DNA of 64,000 nucleotides from Marsupella aquatica (lineage: Eukaryota > Plantae > Marchantiophyta): contig OZ316893.1 in assembly GCA_973895155.1 (NCBI GenBank), forward strand, positions 5,904,171 through 5,968,170. Reading direction: 5' to 3'. The translations under genes and the position numbers were made by a program. Under the pieces are notes generated by a model that ran no database searches, had not been told where the DNA came from, and saw only the letters and a list, made by a program, of their open reading frames with translations. This document shows positions 12,310-25,676 of the stretch, piece after piece (the first letter of the stretch is position 1; every line of letters begins with the position of its first letter).

Positions 12310-15300
12310 ATGGATTCCAACCACAAAGATGAAGTTATCGAAAAAGATGGGGTTACTGCTAGCTTGTCATGGAAAGACTTGACAGTCGTGGTGAACAATC
12401 AAAAAACGGTTCTCCATGGACTGTCTGGCGTCGCGGAGCCCGGACGCCTTGTGGCCGTCATGGGACCATCTGGGAGTGGGAAGAGTACTCTACTCGATGC
12501 CCTTGCAGGTGAGTTGACACGAACGTGAAAGTGCCAGTCGGTTATTAGGAAGTAAGCAATCAATCTGCTGGAAAAATATCCATTGACCTTGTAGAGATAA
12601 GTTTCTTAATAACTTTTGGGCTGTTTTTTATGTACTCGAATACAATTGTATATTTGGTGATCGAGTGTTCAAATAGGGAGGCTTTCACGAGGTTCGACTG
12701 TATTTGGTGAAATTATGCTCAACGGACGAAGGGCACAACTTTCCTACGGCACAGCTGTAAGTATTTCTTGGCAGAGACCTTTCTAGCAACATGTGTGGAC
12801 TTCAGCAATACTTTGTAGTGTCTGATCGCGAAATGGGATTCATACCCAGTGTTTTAATTGTGCACATAGTCTGAACCCTCGGTAGACAATAAGCCTCTTG
12901 AGATCATTGGTAGCTGAAGATTTGCACTGGAATTGCTCTTTCCAGGCATACCTTGCACAAGAAGTTCCACTGCTGGGAACCCTGACGGTCTATGAGACTG
13001 TGTACTACTCCGCAATGCTGCGTTTCCCAGCCCTTATGCCACGCGAAACTGTGAAGAGAATCGTCGAGGCGACCATTGCCGAAGTGGGGCTCACGCGCTG
13101 TATTAACACTCTCATTGGTAACTGGCAAAGAAGAGGGTTAAGCGGAGGTGAAAAGAGACGTGTGAGCATTGCCATTGAATTGCTAACCGGCCCTCAGTTG
13201 CTCTTTTTGGACGAACCAACGAGTGGACTGGACAGGTAACAAGCTTCCTGGAAACTAATTCCAAAAATCTACATCGATCTAGTATGTATCCCACTAGACA
13301 TTTCAGCGACCACTGCCACATCAAAGGACTTCGGCAGTTGTGTTGTAAGCTCGTCAGTTATTGAAGACCTCTCTCGATTTTCTATATGTTGGATGCGTTT
13401 AGGAAATCTTAACCCAATGTTGAACAATTATGCATCTCAGTGCTTCAGCATACAACGTCGTCAGCACTCTCAAGAAACTGGCACGCGCTGGGAGGACTGT
13501 GGTTACTTCCATTCATCAACCCAGCAGTGAAGTTTTCAATATTTTTGACGATCTTTGCCTCCTTTCTACCGGCAACCAGGTGTTCTTCGGACCTCTTCAG
13601 AGCGCCCTTCAGGTACTTTCCGATTGCACTCTCGGTGGACTGAAGTCAGATTATCGTCTTGATGTGCTACTAGTTTTTTTGTGCTACTAGTTTTTTTTAG
13701 TGAAGGAGATTGAAGAACTGATCGAGAAAGACAAATAACTTGTACTCGTGGACCTGGCTTCCATGAATAAGAAGCTGAACAGGTGGGAATTAGTTGCGAG
13801 AGTTCTCTCCCTCCACAAATAATAGAATTTGTATGTTTACTTGAATCTGTATTAGAATGTTATTTTTCTCTCTGAGTCACTTTCTGCATCAATACAAAGT
13901 TAAGAACCACATTGAATTTCTTTCATTGTCCTTTTGTTGTTTGTGATTTATTGCTTAAGGTGTCCACTTATAATTGCCCATTTCACTTATTTGCTATTCA
14001 CTCTTTACAGAAATTGTTTTTTGTCCTTTTGGACTAAAGAAATAGGTTTTTTTTTGTTGGCCTTTTTTTATCTTTTGTTTTGTCTTTTATCTTTTGTTTT
14101 GTCTTGAACAGAAATGGGGAGGAAATACAATTAGACTCTTTTCACCCCAATGTGACACTTTTTCTGTAGGGAACCCAGACCAGAGTGAGCCCCAGAATCA
14201 GACAGGACCGCAAGTGGAAGGTAAGAGTATTAAATTAGGGCCACAAAGTAGGCAACCTGGGCCCCAACAAATAATCAGAATTCCAATCCACAATCAGACA
14301 GGGACCCCAAGTGGAAGGTAAGAGTATTAAATTAGGGCCACAAAGTAGGCAACCTGGGCCCCAACAAATAATCAGAATTCCAATCCACTACTCACAACCT
14401 GTGACAGCTCAGTTATGGGCAATCCTCTTAACAATCTCTTCTGACCAATTGGCCTAAGTTCCAGGCAAATCCCCTAGCCAATTCACCTAAACCACCTGTT
14501 AACGAAATAGGTTTTCATGCTTTATCCGAGGGAGGCTTTAAGTCAAACCTATTGAAGTTGTTATTTTTTGGCTAACAATCAAAACATCTAAAAGCAGATT
14601 CCTTTTGGGGGCGTATATTTTGCTACGGTAATATTAAAGTAGTTCACACATCGCCTACCTACCATACTCTTCCAGTACAGTCTACGTAACCAAGCTGTCC
14701 TAGGATTGAGGTTGTTCGGACAAAAGTTTGTTTAATTACTTTGTGCATTCTAGTCGAAGTTTTGCACTCAACTATTGTAGACCTCAAATCCAACTAGCTT
14801 AGGTCACTTGGCCAGGGGATTAACCTAGAAGAGCGAGGTACTAGGTTCAATGGCACTTCCTAAACAAGCGATGCGGAGGGTATTTGTCTGTCAATCGAGT
14901 ATACTGGTGGGAGTCTTTGTTACTCTGAGGCCCCTGGCTGCTCCACATATATTAGGGCCCACTCTGAGGCCCCTGGCTGCTCCACATATATTAGGGCCCT
15001 AGTTTATTAAGTAATTCTCTCTCCCTCCTCGTGTGGTTCTTACACAATTTACTCTATTGGTAATCAAAATCAAAATGTGCTAATATATGGTGTGTTTGGT
15101 AATCACACATCATGCTAATATATGCCTGGTGTGAAAGTCCTGAACTTTATCATGGTGTGGAGACATATATTGTACACCATATATATTACAGCAACTACCC
15201 TAATATATAATCTCAAGCTCCGGAGCAGAATATCTAGTATCTGCATTACTACCCTTCAGAATTGCATGCTTCGATGTGTCTATGAATTGGATGGGCCTAC

Positions 15301-18125
15301 TTGAGCTGTTCAAAGCCAAAAATAAGAATAGATCTTCAACGATAACTGGTTCGTTCTCATGCTATCCTTGCCCTGCAGTTCTTTTTGAATGCAGGCTTCC
15401 CCTGCCCACCTTTGCGGAATCCATCTGACCACTATCTCCTATCTATCAACTCCGACTTTGACGACCTGTACAATCCGTTCGGCGACCCTACGGCTGCGGA
15501 AGATGATCTCGAAAGTTCCAGGAATCTTCTCCCACGGATTACGGCAGCTCAAGTTGTCAAGACTTTGACGGAAGCATTTGCGGCGTCCAAAGAAAAACAG
15601 GACTTGGATTACAGCATCCAAGTGATGGAAACACTAGTAAGTACATATACATAAAACATACTTTATAGTGTTCTGTCAGTACGACGTCAGAAAATCTTGG
15701 AAATACTTCACGGAGACAAACCATGGTACTTCCTGAGAAAACCACGCTTTGTTCCAAAATGGTTAGTGCCAATTCAGGTCTTTAACTTACAGATGTCAAT
15801 TTGGTGTGCAATTTTCTAGGGCGGCCCTGATCTGCCTTCAAACGGGAGCAAGGCAGGCTTCCTCAAACAATCTTACATTCTCACAAAGAGGTCGTTTGTC
15901 AACATGAGCCGAGATTTGGGGTACTACTGGCTAAGACTCGTGATGTACATCATCTTGTCCCTTGCTGTTGGTACAATCTACTTCAAAGTCGGCTTCGAAT
16001 ACAGCGCAATCCAGGTAATTTATGAGCACGACGAGCCTAGCTTCAAATGTTTCTTAGCTTGAATTCCGTTATGCAGGTAGAGTCTTGTCGATGCACTATT
16101 TAAGTTCGATTCTCATTCATAGTATCATCTCAGACAGGTTTTAATGCACATATATATCACTTTGCGTTCTTCTACTTTCCGTGTTGCCTGTCACGTGAAA
16201 TTTGATCGGACAGCCTTGGTTGAAATTACTAGACTTAGCCTAGCTGTGCCAGCCTTCGACCTCAGCCTCAATCAACCAACCAACCATCGAGGTAGAGCAC
16301 TCCGGACACTCCTATAAGTCACATTCTCAACATTAGAGATCCCTGAAGAAAGTGTACGACAAATTCGTTGAATGAGAGAAGACGAATCATTGGTCACTTT
16401 ACGTACAGTCGATAGCACGTATATATGGGCCCAGGTCGCTAAAGCATCTGGACGAGATATGCTGACATTGCAGGCACGAGGAGGATGCGTGTCCTTCATT
16501 GTCGCCTTTTTGACTTTCATGGCAGTTGGAGGCTTTCCTTCTTTCATCGAAGATATGAAGGTACCGATTGGCGAAACTGCGCCCCATTATTGCATCCATT
16601 ATGAGATTCATAATTTGGCTACTGATCAAATTCCGGAAAGCCAATCCGAAAATGAGGATATCTGGTCTCGGTGCATATGATTTGAGGAATGATCTACATT
16701 TCTAGCGTTTTGTTTGCGAAGTCGAGTTTTGAGCTGTTATTTGTGATCTCCGACCTTTGTTTCTTACATATTTAGTATCTCGTTTGTTTTTTATTTTTGG
16801 GATCCCAGGTGTTCGGCATGGAAAGGTTTGTTGGCCACTACGGAGTGTTAGCCTTCGTGTTTGGAAACACTTTCTCGTCTATTCCGTTTCTGTTGCTAAT
16901 ATCTCTCATCTCCTCTATGATCGTCTACCTTTTGGCTGACCTCCACCATGGTTATCAGCATTTCTTCTATTTCGCACTCTCGCTGTTCGCATGCCTGTTA
17001 GTAGCAGAGAGCCTGATGATGGCAATTGCGAGCCTGGTGCCCAATTTTCTCATGGGAATCATCGTTGGAGCTGGAATACAGGTAATGTAATATTCTCGTT
17101 GTTTTCCAGTGTTTCTGGTCCAGAATAGTAATTACTGACCGTCGAATGTTGATGCACGTGTGTATCGTGTATCAATTCTACAGAGCCTGAAGAAATTGGA
17201 TCATTGTGATCTCAACGATCGCTTTTGAATTTACACTTGGAAATTAATGATTGCATCAATCTTGGACGAAAGGTAGCCAATGCGTAGCATTTTCATGCAA
17301 GTTGCATCCTTCACAAAAAAGAAGCGGCTTCAAATTGAATATAACGGCTGGCTGTCAACCTGGTGCGTCAACAAATGAATATGAGTGTTCAATGGTCAAC
17401 TGGTCGATCAATATATCCGACAGACTCGTGACGTGAGCATATGCTAACATTTTGATCAAGAGTTTTTGGATGTCGATCAGGGAATGTTCATCCTCGTGTC
17501 GGGTTTTTACCGACTACCCAATGACTTACCCAAACCCGTCTGGCGGTACCCATTGTCCTACATTGCCTTCCATCCTTACGCTTTTCAGGCAAGTACCTTA
17601 ATTACTAAATTCCGGATCTATTTTAAGTTTGCAAGTCCTAGAGCAGTGATTCCTCGACCAGCATCTAAGCTACTAATCTCTTGTTTTATGGAATTTGGAC
17701 ATCCTACAGCATTGATTGCTAGATTATAACGATTCCATTTCTTTTTAACCTACAGCTCAATGAAGGTTGTGTTTCAGTTTTCTGAACAACGAACTTGCAA
17801 ATATATGCTCGGCATGATTTATATGCAGGGTATGTTAGCGAACGATTTGAAGGGCCTGACCTTCCGGAACCAGAACCTGAGTGGGCGCGACCTCACAGGC
17901 GAGTCGCTCTTGCGCGCTGTTTTTGAAGTGGAGACGAGCCGGAGCAAGTGGGAGAATGTGATCATTCTGTTTGTGATGGCCATCGGGTACCGACTTGTGT
18001 TCTACATTCTCATCAGGGCTTCCGAGACTCTGATACCAACAGCTCGTTCATACGTGGCTAGGAAAATTCATCTCGAACGCTCACGTTCACAGGTTGAAGC
18101 ACGGGAAGGTCTTCTCACCGTTTAG
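12310..18125 (+). CDS. ABC transporter G family half-transporter, ABCG11/WBC11-like. Exons 12310-12508, 12677-12756, 12946-13235, 13441-13612, 15379-15636, 15820-16014, 16474-16560, 16809-17081, 17481-17588, 17829-18125
   Basis: Walker [10 protein letters not shown], signature [74 protein letters not shown]. Canonical splice sites plus one GC-AG intron; frame appears open. Confidence 0.95.
14196..14388. repeat. ~97-bp tandem duplication inside ABCG intron 4
   Basis: aatcagacagg...gaattccaatccac occurs twice, head to tail. Confidence 0.9.
14922..14999. repeat. 39-bp perfect tandem duplication inside ABCG intron 4
   Basis: actctgaggcccctggctgctccacatatattagggccc x2. Confidence 0.9.
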
Positions 18126-19038
18126 CGTCTTGCTGAAGATGGAGCTCCAGGACCTTACAGTTTAACATGCTGTTAAACAGAAGGAATTTAGGGCACCGAA
18201 TTTAGGGCACCTAAAAATTATGAAATGATATCATTCCTCAAATTAGCCTCCATTACCACTTCTTTGAAGGTGAATAGGAGGAAGAATAATAAAAATATCA
18301 CCAAAATATATTATTTATTTACATGTTTTAAAAGTTAATAAAATAATAAAAAAATTATCAGACATATCATTATTTTAATAATCATACATAACACATTTCT
18401 ATGCACATCTCACTTTGGGTTTTTTTATCCCACATCCCAATTATACACACATAATATGGTAGAGCCAAAAAGATCAATTTTTAATATAAATAGAAATTAT
18501 AATAAAAAAATAGTCATGATTATCATTTAACATGAGATATATCATAGATATTAGTTTTCTCATCCACATGATGAACCATGGAGTTACATTCTAGAGGTTT
18601 CACTCTAGAAATCTAGGCCCCAACTCTAGCATGTAGTTGGAGATTTATAAATAAGATTATGTCCATAGTTGTACTCTGATGGCATGTCAATCTTCACGCA
18701 TGGAGCAATGCAGTTCATGAGCAAATAAATCAAGTCTCATCTTGAATAAACCAGGCCAGTGACCAAACCCACTTGGTGATAATAGCTCGGATAATAGGCT
18801 AAACAATAAAGAATTGACAAAATGGTGTACAATTCTTTGACTATAGGACCGTAAAGCCCTGAATACTACACTGTTCTAACTAGTGTTATGTAAGAATTGG
18901 TGTGAGTAAAAATTAATATTATTAACATTACTTTTGGTAAAAATGATTTTGAGTTCAAGTAACATTAATTTTTACAAATTAAATAATAATAATTCATTTT
19001 AATTTAAATTACTTATAAAAGTGGGAAAATTAACACTA

Positions 19039-19097
19039 ATTAAACTGATAAGAACAGATACTACACTTGATCTTAGCCAAGAGACCGAGAAAAGTAT
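19039..19097 (-). pseudogene. U2: U2 snRNA 5' fragment (3'-truncated pseudogene)
   Basis: Reverse complement reads ATACTTTTCTCGGTCTCTTGGCTAAGATCAAGTGTAGTATCTGTTCTTATCAGTTTAA, i.e. the plant U2 5' end including the branch-site recognition GTAGTA. Similarity stops before the Sm site. Confidence 0.92.
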
Positions 19098-19494
19098 GCG
19101 AATTAACATTAATTATTGTGTATTTTTCAAAATAATTTTTTCCATCTAATTTTTCACTCTTAAGATCACAACAACATTTATTCATAGACTAATTCATGTG
19201 TGTAAAAATAGAGTAACTTAGAATTAGTGTGACTAACACTAATTCACAAGTAAACCCTGAAAATGTATATTCTTAAAAATTAATGTTAATGACACACTAA
19301 TTAATTAGGTGAGAACAGTCTAGTTACAATAAATTATGAGGCCATTTTAGGGCCCTCTCACTTCAATTGAGCTTTAACCACGGTCACAGACAAAAGCTAT
19401 GTGATTTGTGACAATAAAATTGACTTATTGTTGCACAACTTCAATAGGGTCTCTGACCAAAGCTATGGATTATAAAGAATGTTTGGGCTCTTAG

Positions 19495-19790
19495 GGGTCT
19501 CACTATATGGGGACCTCCCTATCGCCTGCGACGTTTTTAGGCCTCGAACCCCCTAAAATGTAAGAAAAAAATTTTATTTTTTAACCCCTATAAAGTTGGA
19601 ATATTCTTGGAATATTCTAAAAAATGGATTAAAAAGACCCTAATGTTCTTATAAGTCTCAAAATTGAATTTAAAAGACCCTATTGTTCTTCTACAAAAAT
19701 TCTTAAGTCTTCCCTTAGAACCAATAAAATGACCCTATCCTTCGTCGCACGTGATATGCCATTTTTGTGGAAGTGAAACCCCCGAGTTTG
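19495..19790. repeat. Dispersed TE-terminal repeat; inverted homolog of 51820-52076
   Basis: tcactatatgg..cctccc..ccctaaaatgtaaga..aaaagacccta..ccaataaaatgaccctatc aligns with the reverse complement of 51820-52076. Confidence 0.8.
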
Positions 19791-19859
19791 GGTTGGGGTT
19801 CTAGTATGAAATGTATTCCCACACAAAGGTCAGAAAAGCTGAAAAGTTTCCTGTTGCTG

Positions 19860-20040
19860 CGGGTCCGTCGATGCTCGTCCGCCAAAGCAGCGCGACTGTG
19901 CTCCCTTAACATGCAAGGCACAGCGACTCCCATCACTTCCTGGAGTTTCTTTATTGCTGCGGTAGATCCGGACCCACAAAACAGAAAGGCATCGTCTTCT
20001 GTCCCACCCAGTGACCCAAACATGCTTTCACGTACTTTTG
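19860..20040 (-). pseudogene. Fragment of a PLP-dependent class V aminotransferase / cysteine desulfurase-like gene
   Basis: LGGTEDDAFLFCGSGSTAAIKKLQEVMGVAVP matches the plant 'probable cysteine desulfurase' segment; no neighbouring exons found. Confidence 0.7.
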
Positions 20041-21249
20041 AGCTTCTTCCATGATATTCCCGTGACGCTTCCCATAAAACTACCTTATGTGTGAGTGTTT
20101 CCTGCATTCAATCCCGCATTCAATCAAACGGGACGAATAGCATTCAATTTTACCGAGCAACAACGGAGAGATATACTTAGTGGACCTCCAAATGCAACTT
20201 TCTCTCTTAATGGACCAAAAGTTTTCCACGCGCTCCCAGTGGACCTCCGGGCCCACCAGAGGTACCATTTTGTGTGATATGTTCTTTAACACATTGTGCA
20301 GTTCTTATAACGCGAGATTGTCACTGTAAAATGCAGCATGTTCTACTGTTCTTCAGTGTCCGACCGTGTCGCCAAATGCGGTCGACTACGATCGCAATTC
20401 TAAATGAATCAATGTATCCCGCAATGTAGACATTGACAACAATGCGTACAAACATGAACCGTGATGTCAAACAAACCTTATGTTGTGCGGCCGCACGATG
20501 AAATAGAGCCTCACAGTTAGATCATGTATACATTGACATCACTGTATACAAGGACCACAATGTTGGATGAACCAAGCATAGTGCAACCACAACATATACA
20601 AAGCGGTGTAGACATTTACAGCCATGTATAAAAAATGTATTAGATTATATATAGTTAAACAAATTAGGGTTTGGAGTAACCGTTGGCTTAGGCGCAGAAA
20701 AGCTAAACATGCTTATATCTTGACTAGAATACAGGGTGGATAATGTGTTCAGAGGATGACCCGCCAAATCACTGACATGTTACAGAACTTTTGCACGTTC
20801 CTGTCATTTCACACGACACTTTTTTTGTGCACATGCTTTGCGCATGAGCTCGCACGGCAGGGTCGTGAGTGTTTCCACTCCCCTAATGTGTACAGTACGC
20901 TTAGAGGGACAGTGTCAGGCATGGAGGACAATGACTCAATGCATTTGTGGACCAGAGGTGATGTTTGGGAAGTCAATGTCCCCTATCATGAGAGGGCACG
21001 AACGCAGGACACACAAGAACGTCAGAGGGCTCAAAAGAATGTTGAGAACCCCCCGAGGATATTGGATGGCAGAACTGCTGAAGAAGGTGCCATCAGATTG
21101 TCTGGACATTTCTTATTTTCATACAATGTGTGTCAGTCCAATGTGATTTGAAAGTATGACACCGTTTGAGTTCCCATCCAAGCATGTAGCTTCCGCACAT
21201 AAACATTGATGTCATTGTATACATATTGTAACGTGATGACATGTCTTCC

Positions 21250-24200
21250 TCTGTTACAATGGCAGCAGAGGCTGCTCGAATCAAGTTGGGAGAGCACTTC
21301 AATAGCTTTGAAGAGTTTGATCGGTGCCTAGATTCTCTGGCTGTGATGAATGGTCGAGCCATGTCCAGATACAAGACGTTTGCAAATTGATGTATTCGTG
21401 TATGCAGGTTTGGAAAGATTGCTAGATCGAAACAAGTAGTCGATGATGAGGCAGCTTGTGATGACCATGGTGACAATGACAGCATTGGTTCACGTGCTAC
21501 GGAGGAACCAAACCAGTGGCAGCTTCAATTTGAGGAAGATGATGAAGAGTCAGAAGGTGAGCATGAGTTTCATAGCAGATATGGCCATTGGAGTGGAAGA
21601 TGATTGAAAGGACCAAGGTCTCAGACATTGCAGCAAACTACACAACAAGAGAATAGATATTGCAGTCAAGCAGAGGTGTGTGCTACCGCTACCACTACCA
21701 CCAATGCCACCACCTTTTTTATTTTGGGACATCCTACAATCACTTGCTCAAATTCTTGGTGTGTACAATCATGGGGTTTTGCAGATTGAAGATCGTCAAT
21801 TTCATAATGCCATTAATCAGATCACTCTTGCTCGTCAGCAACCTCGTGCACCGCTTTCAGCAATTCAAGCAAACACCATGCAGACAAATGTGTCATTCTC
21901 TACACAACAATCCGTGTACCAAAATGCACCTATATCTGTACAACAAACTATGCACAGAAATACTGTTTTGTCTACACAAGGAAGAGTTGTGCACAACAGA
22001 CCAAAGTCCATAGTCCAACCCACTAGCATTTGGTTACCTGGTTCGCAACACCCACGTAAACCTGGTCAACAGAAAGCTAGGAAGCCATCTGCAACTGGAG
22101 CTTGTGGACAGTTGTCCAGATCTAAGCCCTCTCAACCAGGGCCAGAAGACTTGCTTTACTCAGAGGAGGAATGTCCTTTCAGAGTATGTTGCAGTAGAGT
22201 GAAGGGTGGGGGTCATATTATCACTGTCTGTGAACTAACACATACTTGTGCTGCTCACATTCACAAGCCCGGGTATGCAACTCCCCTTTTTATAAGGCAA
22301 GTTTTTAATTCCTTATAATGGCCTTATATTCAATTGACCATCTTAGATTTCATTTTAGTGTACTAAAGTCTTGTACCTCTCAACTCAAGGAATCCAAAAA
22401 TGTAACTTTAAATAAAAACCAAGCATGTTTTGATGTACAAATAGTTGATCAAAACCAAATTATATGGGTTTTTTTTAATACAGGGGTCTACAGCCAAACT
22501 AGCCAGCTTTTTAGGATTTTTATTAAAATTTTAAAAATCTTTTAATAAAAATTAAAACATGTATAGGAATATTTTTTAATTTCATATGGAAAAATAAGAA
22601 AACCAAACCTTTTATATGACTTGAAAATTTTTAAAAGTGGAAAACCCAGGTTTTTTCAAATTTTAATTATTTTGTATAGCCAACTTTTTAGTCCATATAA
22701 AAATGTAGACCCCTGTCTATTATATAAGAGTTGCGTACCCGGGTTCACAAGTGGAGAGCTCCTACTCACAAGTCTGCATGGTTGGGGGTAACATTGGCTC
22801 CAAGAATCATCTGAAATCTGAAAATGCCTGTGAAGGAATTGTTGTCTGGTTTCCAAGGTGACTACAAGCGAGGAAGTAACTACCAGAAAATGTGGCGGGG
22901 CAAAGATCTTGTAGGGCATTGGACCGCTGGCTCACAGAAATCATCTTTTCAGATGATCCCAGTATTGATTGACAGGATTCGGGAGACAGGCCCTGGCTGT
23001 GTTGCACATTGGTGCACTATGGAGGACTCCACCATTTTTTGTAGAGCATTCATATGTCCATCTGCCACCAGGAAAACACTTAACTATACTCAGCCGATGG
23101 TTAGTTTAGTTGCTTGTCACACCAAGAATAGAAAATATCCAACTCAACTGTTTTTAGCTACATGCCTGGATGGGAACTCAAACGGTGTCATACTTTGCTA
23201 TGGAGTAGCACCAGTTGAAAACACAGAGAACTGGCTTTGGTTTCTAGAATTAATGGACACAGCTGTATATGACATTGGTAGTCAAGACATTGTCATCATG
23301 TCAGATCGTCGGGTACGTCTCACTGCTGCTGTAAGTCAGATTTGGCCAGGTAACACCCTTCCACACTTAGATTGCTTAATTCTATCAAATTTGAGAGTTT
23401 TGATGATACAGTGCTACTTGGAGTACAAAATCTAATTTTTTATTTTTGGACGGTAGGAAAGATCCATGCACAGTGCGCAAATCATTTGAGGGCAAACGTG
23501 AAGACCAGGCATGGTAGAACAACAAGTGAATTCTTCTACGGATGTGTCTATGCCAATGATGTGCACTAGTAAGTAAATACACTCACTAGGACCAATATGA
23601 AAGCAATTTGCCTATTCAGACATTGTAATTGATGTATTCTATATATTTTGACATTGTGCTTGATGTATCTTGTCTTTGTAAACAGTGTCACTCATGTATA
23701 CTGTCTCTTTCAATTCAGATATGAGTCTGTGCTAGATTGACTGTCTGGTTCATTGCTAGCCGGCAAGGGAGTTGATGCAGCACATTACATCCGCGGTCTG
23801 GATGTGAAATGTTATGCCAGGCATGCATTCCCACTCCCTTGCATGGGTAAGGTCACAAGTAATCCAGCCGAGCAAGCAAATTCTGGATTATTACCATTCC
23901 GTCTGCTAGCACCTGGAAAGTTGTTGGTGGCTCTTTGGGTGTACATTCAACAAAAGTTTAAAGACAGGAGAATAGAGGTTGCATGCAGACAAGAACCACT
24001 GTCAAAACCAGCACAACTACGATACAATACCAACTTGCAGAACTTCCAACAATTCCAGGTGCAAATTGGCTTTTTCTTTTCCTTTTGTAACGAACATTTT
24101 GACCACATGTGGAGGATGGATTGTCTCACGCTTCATTTTTCATACTTTCATGCTACAGGTATTCAGTAATAGTCAATCCAGTGCCAAAATTCAGACTACA

Positions 24201-25086
24201 ACAGGGAGTGAGGAGTATCTTGTCACTTTGTCACCAAAACCAAAGTGCACCTGCATGGAGCTGCAGGAGATGGGTTGGCCATGCCAACATATGCTGGCAT
24301 GGGATGATGAAACAAGAAAGAATCCGGCTAGGCATTTTCATAAATGTTGGCGGACACAGTCTTTGGTTTTACTTTATGATGGTGTATTACCTAGATTTGT
24401 TTCCACTCACCTTCCATTGAGCTTAAGTTGTCATGCTCCAGAGCCTGCTGTAGTGAATGGGCGACATCGAATGGTAAGAATTCATGGGGAAACTTGTTCC
24501 AGGGCTTTAGGGAATGGGGAGGACCTCCATCTTGATCCAACAGGAAGGCTGTGTCTCAGATATCCAATGGATGATGACAATGAGAGAGGCATTCCGTTTC
24601 CAGGTGCAAACTCTGCGAGTGGCCTCCCAATGGTTGAGATCCTACCTAAGAAAAGGAAGCAGGGTAACGTAAAGTGTACGTGTAGCAGGTGCGGAAAGGT
24701 TGGCCACAACAAACGATCTTGCAAAGAAGTTTCAGTTGCCCAAGCAACTGAAGATGATGAGCAGGTACCAAATGTTATAATGTTGCAAGCCAGAGAAGGT
24801 CCATATAAAAGTCCTAGTTTCATAAGAATTTGTTTACTTATTCTAGTGTTATTGTAATGCGCAGGTGGAAGGGGAAGAGCATGACAATGTGAACAATGCT
24901 GGAGAAAGTGAGTGGCTTGTCACCGTTGGAGCACCAACAATAGGCAGTGGTACTATGCCTTCCAATCCACGCATTCAAAACTCCTTGGATTATGAGTGGG
25001 CCCGGTGCATCACTGAACTTGCTGAAGAAGCTGCTGATAATTGCCCTTATTTTGGGCTACCTCATGAAGTAGATATCACAGAATAG
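21250..25086 (+). pseudogene. MULE/MuDRA-like transposase with introns, SWIM and CCHC zinc fingers, disrupted
   Basis: CPFRV..HTC; FCRAFI..ATCLDGN..ENTENWLWFL..IMSDR; HAQCANHL; TSNPAEQANS; CTCMELQEMGWPCQH; CSRCGKVGHNKRSC. Stops, a MITE insertion, and the first catalytic Asp position reads V (SLVAC). 5' boundary approximate. Confidence 0.9.
22268..22743. mobile_element. hAT-type MITE (476 bp) inserted in the MULE transposase
   Basis: TIRs CCCGGGTATGCAACTC / GAGTTGCGTACCCGGG; exact 8-bp TSD TTCACAAG (22260-22267, 22744-22751). Confidence 0.92.
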
Positions 25087-25365
25087 ACATATACATCACA
25101 GTCTACTATTCACTATATTGGGAAGTTAGATGGTAGTAGGGCTCATTTGTGCATGGACCTAAACACTACCTTGAATGAGTTCAAATTGTTACAAAGTGGA
25201 TGTTGTATTCCATCCAATGAGGAGTGAAGCCTTTTATTTGCAATTGTTAGGTCTGAGTACGCCTTCCATGGTGCATGTGCTGTATGATTATTAAAGTGTT
25301 GAATATGGCATGCTCTTTTCCATTTAGTCCCGACTGTCTTTGTAAAGTTCAAGTGAAACATTTTT

Positions 25366-25676
25366 TTTCCAAGTGTGAAATCTGAATACAACGTCCAAAG
25401 TGTATACATGAAAAAGGTATTTCTATGTTGAAACTCCATAGGTTTTGTCCATTTGGGCAGGCTTCGGTGGAGGCCGTGTTCGTAAAGTCGGAGGGACAAT
25501 TGTTTTTCCAAGTGTGAAATCTGAATACAACGTCCAAATCGTATACATGGAAAAGGGTTTTCTGTGTTCAAATTCCGTAGGTTTTGTCCATTTGGGCAGG
25601 CTTCGGCGGAGGCCGTGTTCGTAAAGTCGGAGGGGAGGGACAATTGTTTTTCCAAGTGTGAAATCTGAATACAACG
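25366..25676. repeat. 144/139-bp tandem array, left part
   Basis: tccaagtgtgaaatc.gaatacaacgtcc... recurs at 25368, 25507 and 25651; the third unit is cut by the TG...CA element. Confidence 0.95.

Noticed and set aside
14796-14860. Weak tRNA-like A/B boxes in ABCG intron 4
   Set aside because: B box incomplete (GGTTCAAT) and no cloverleaf pairing
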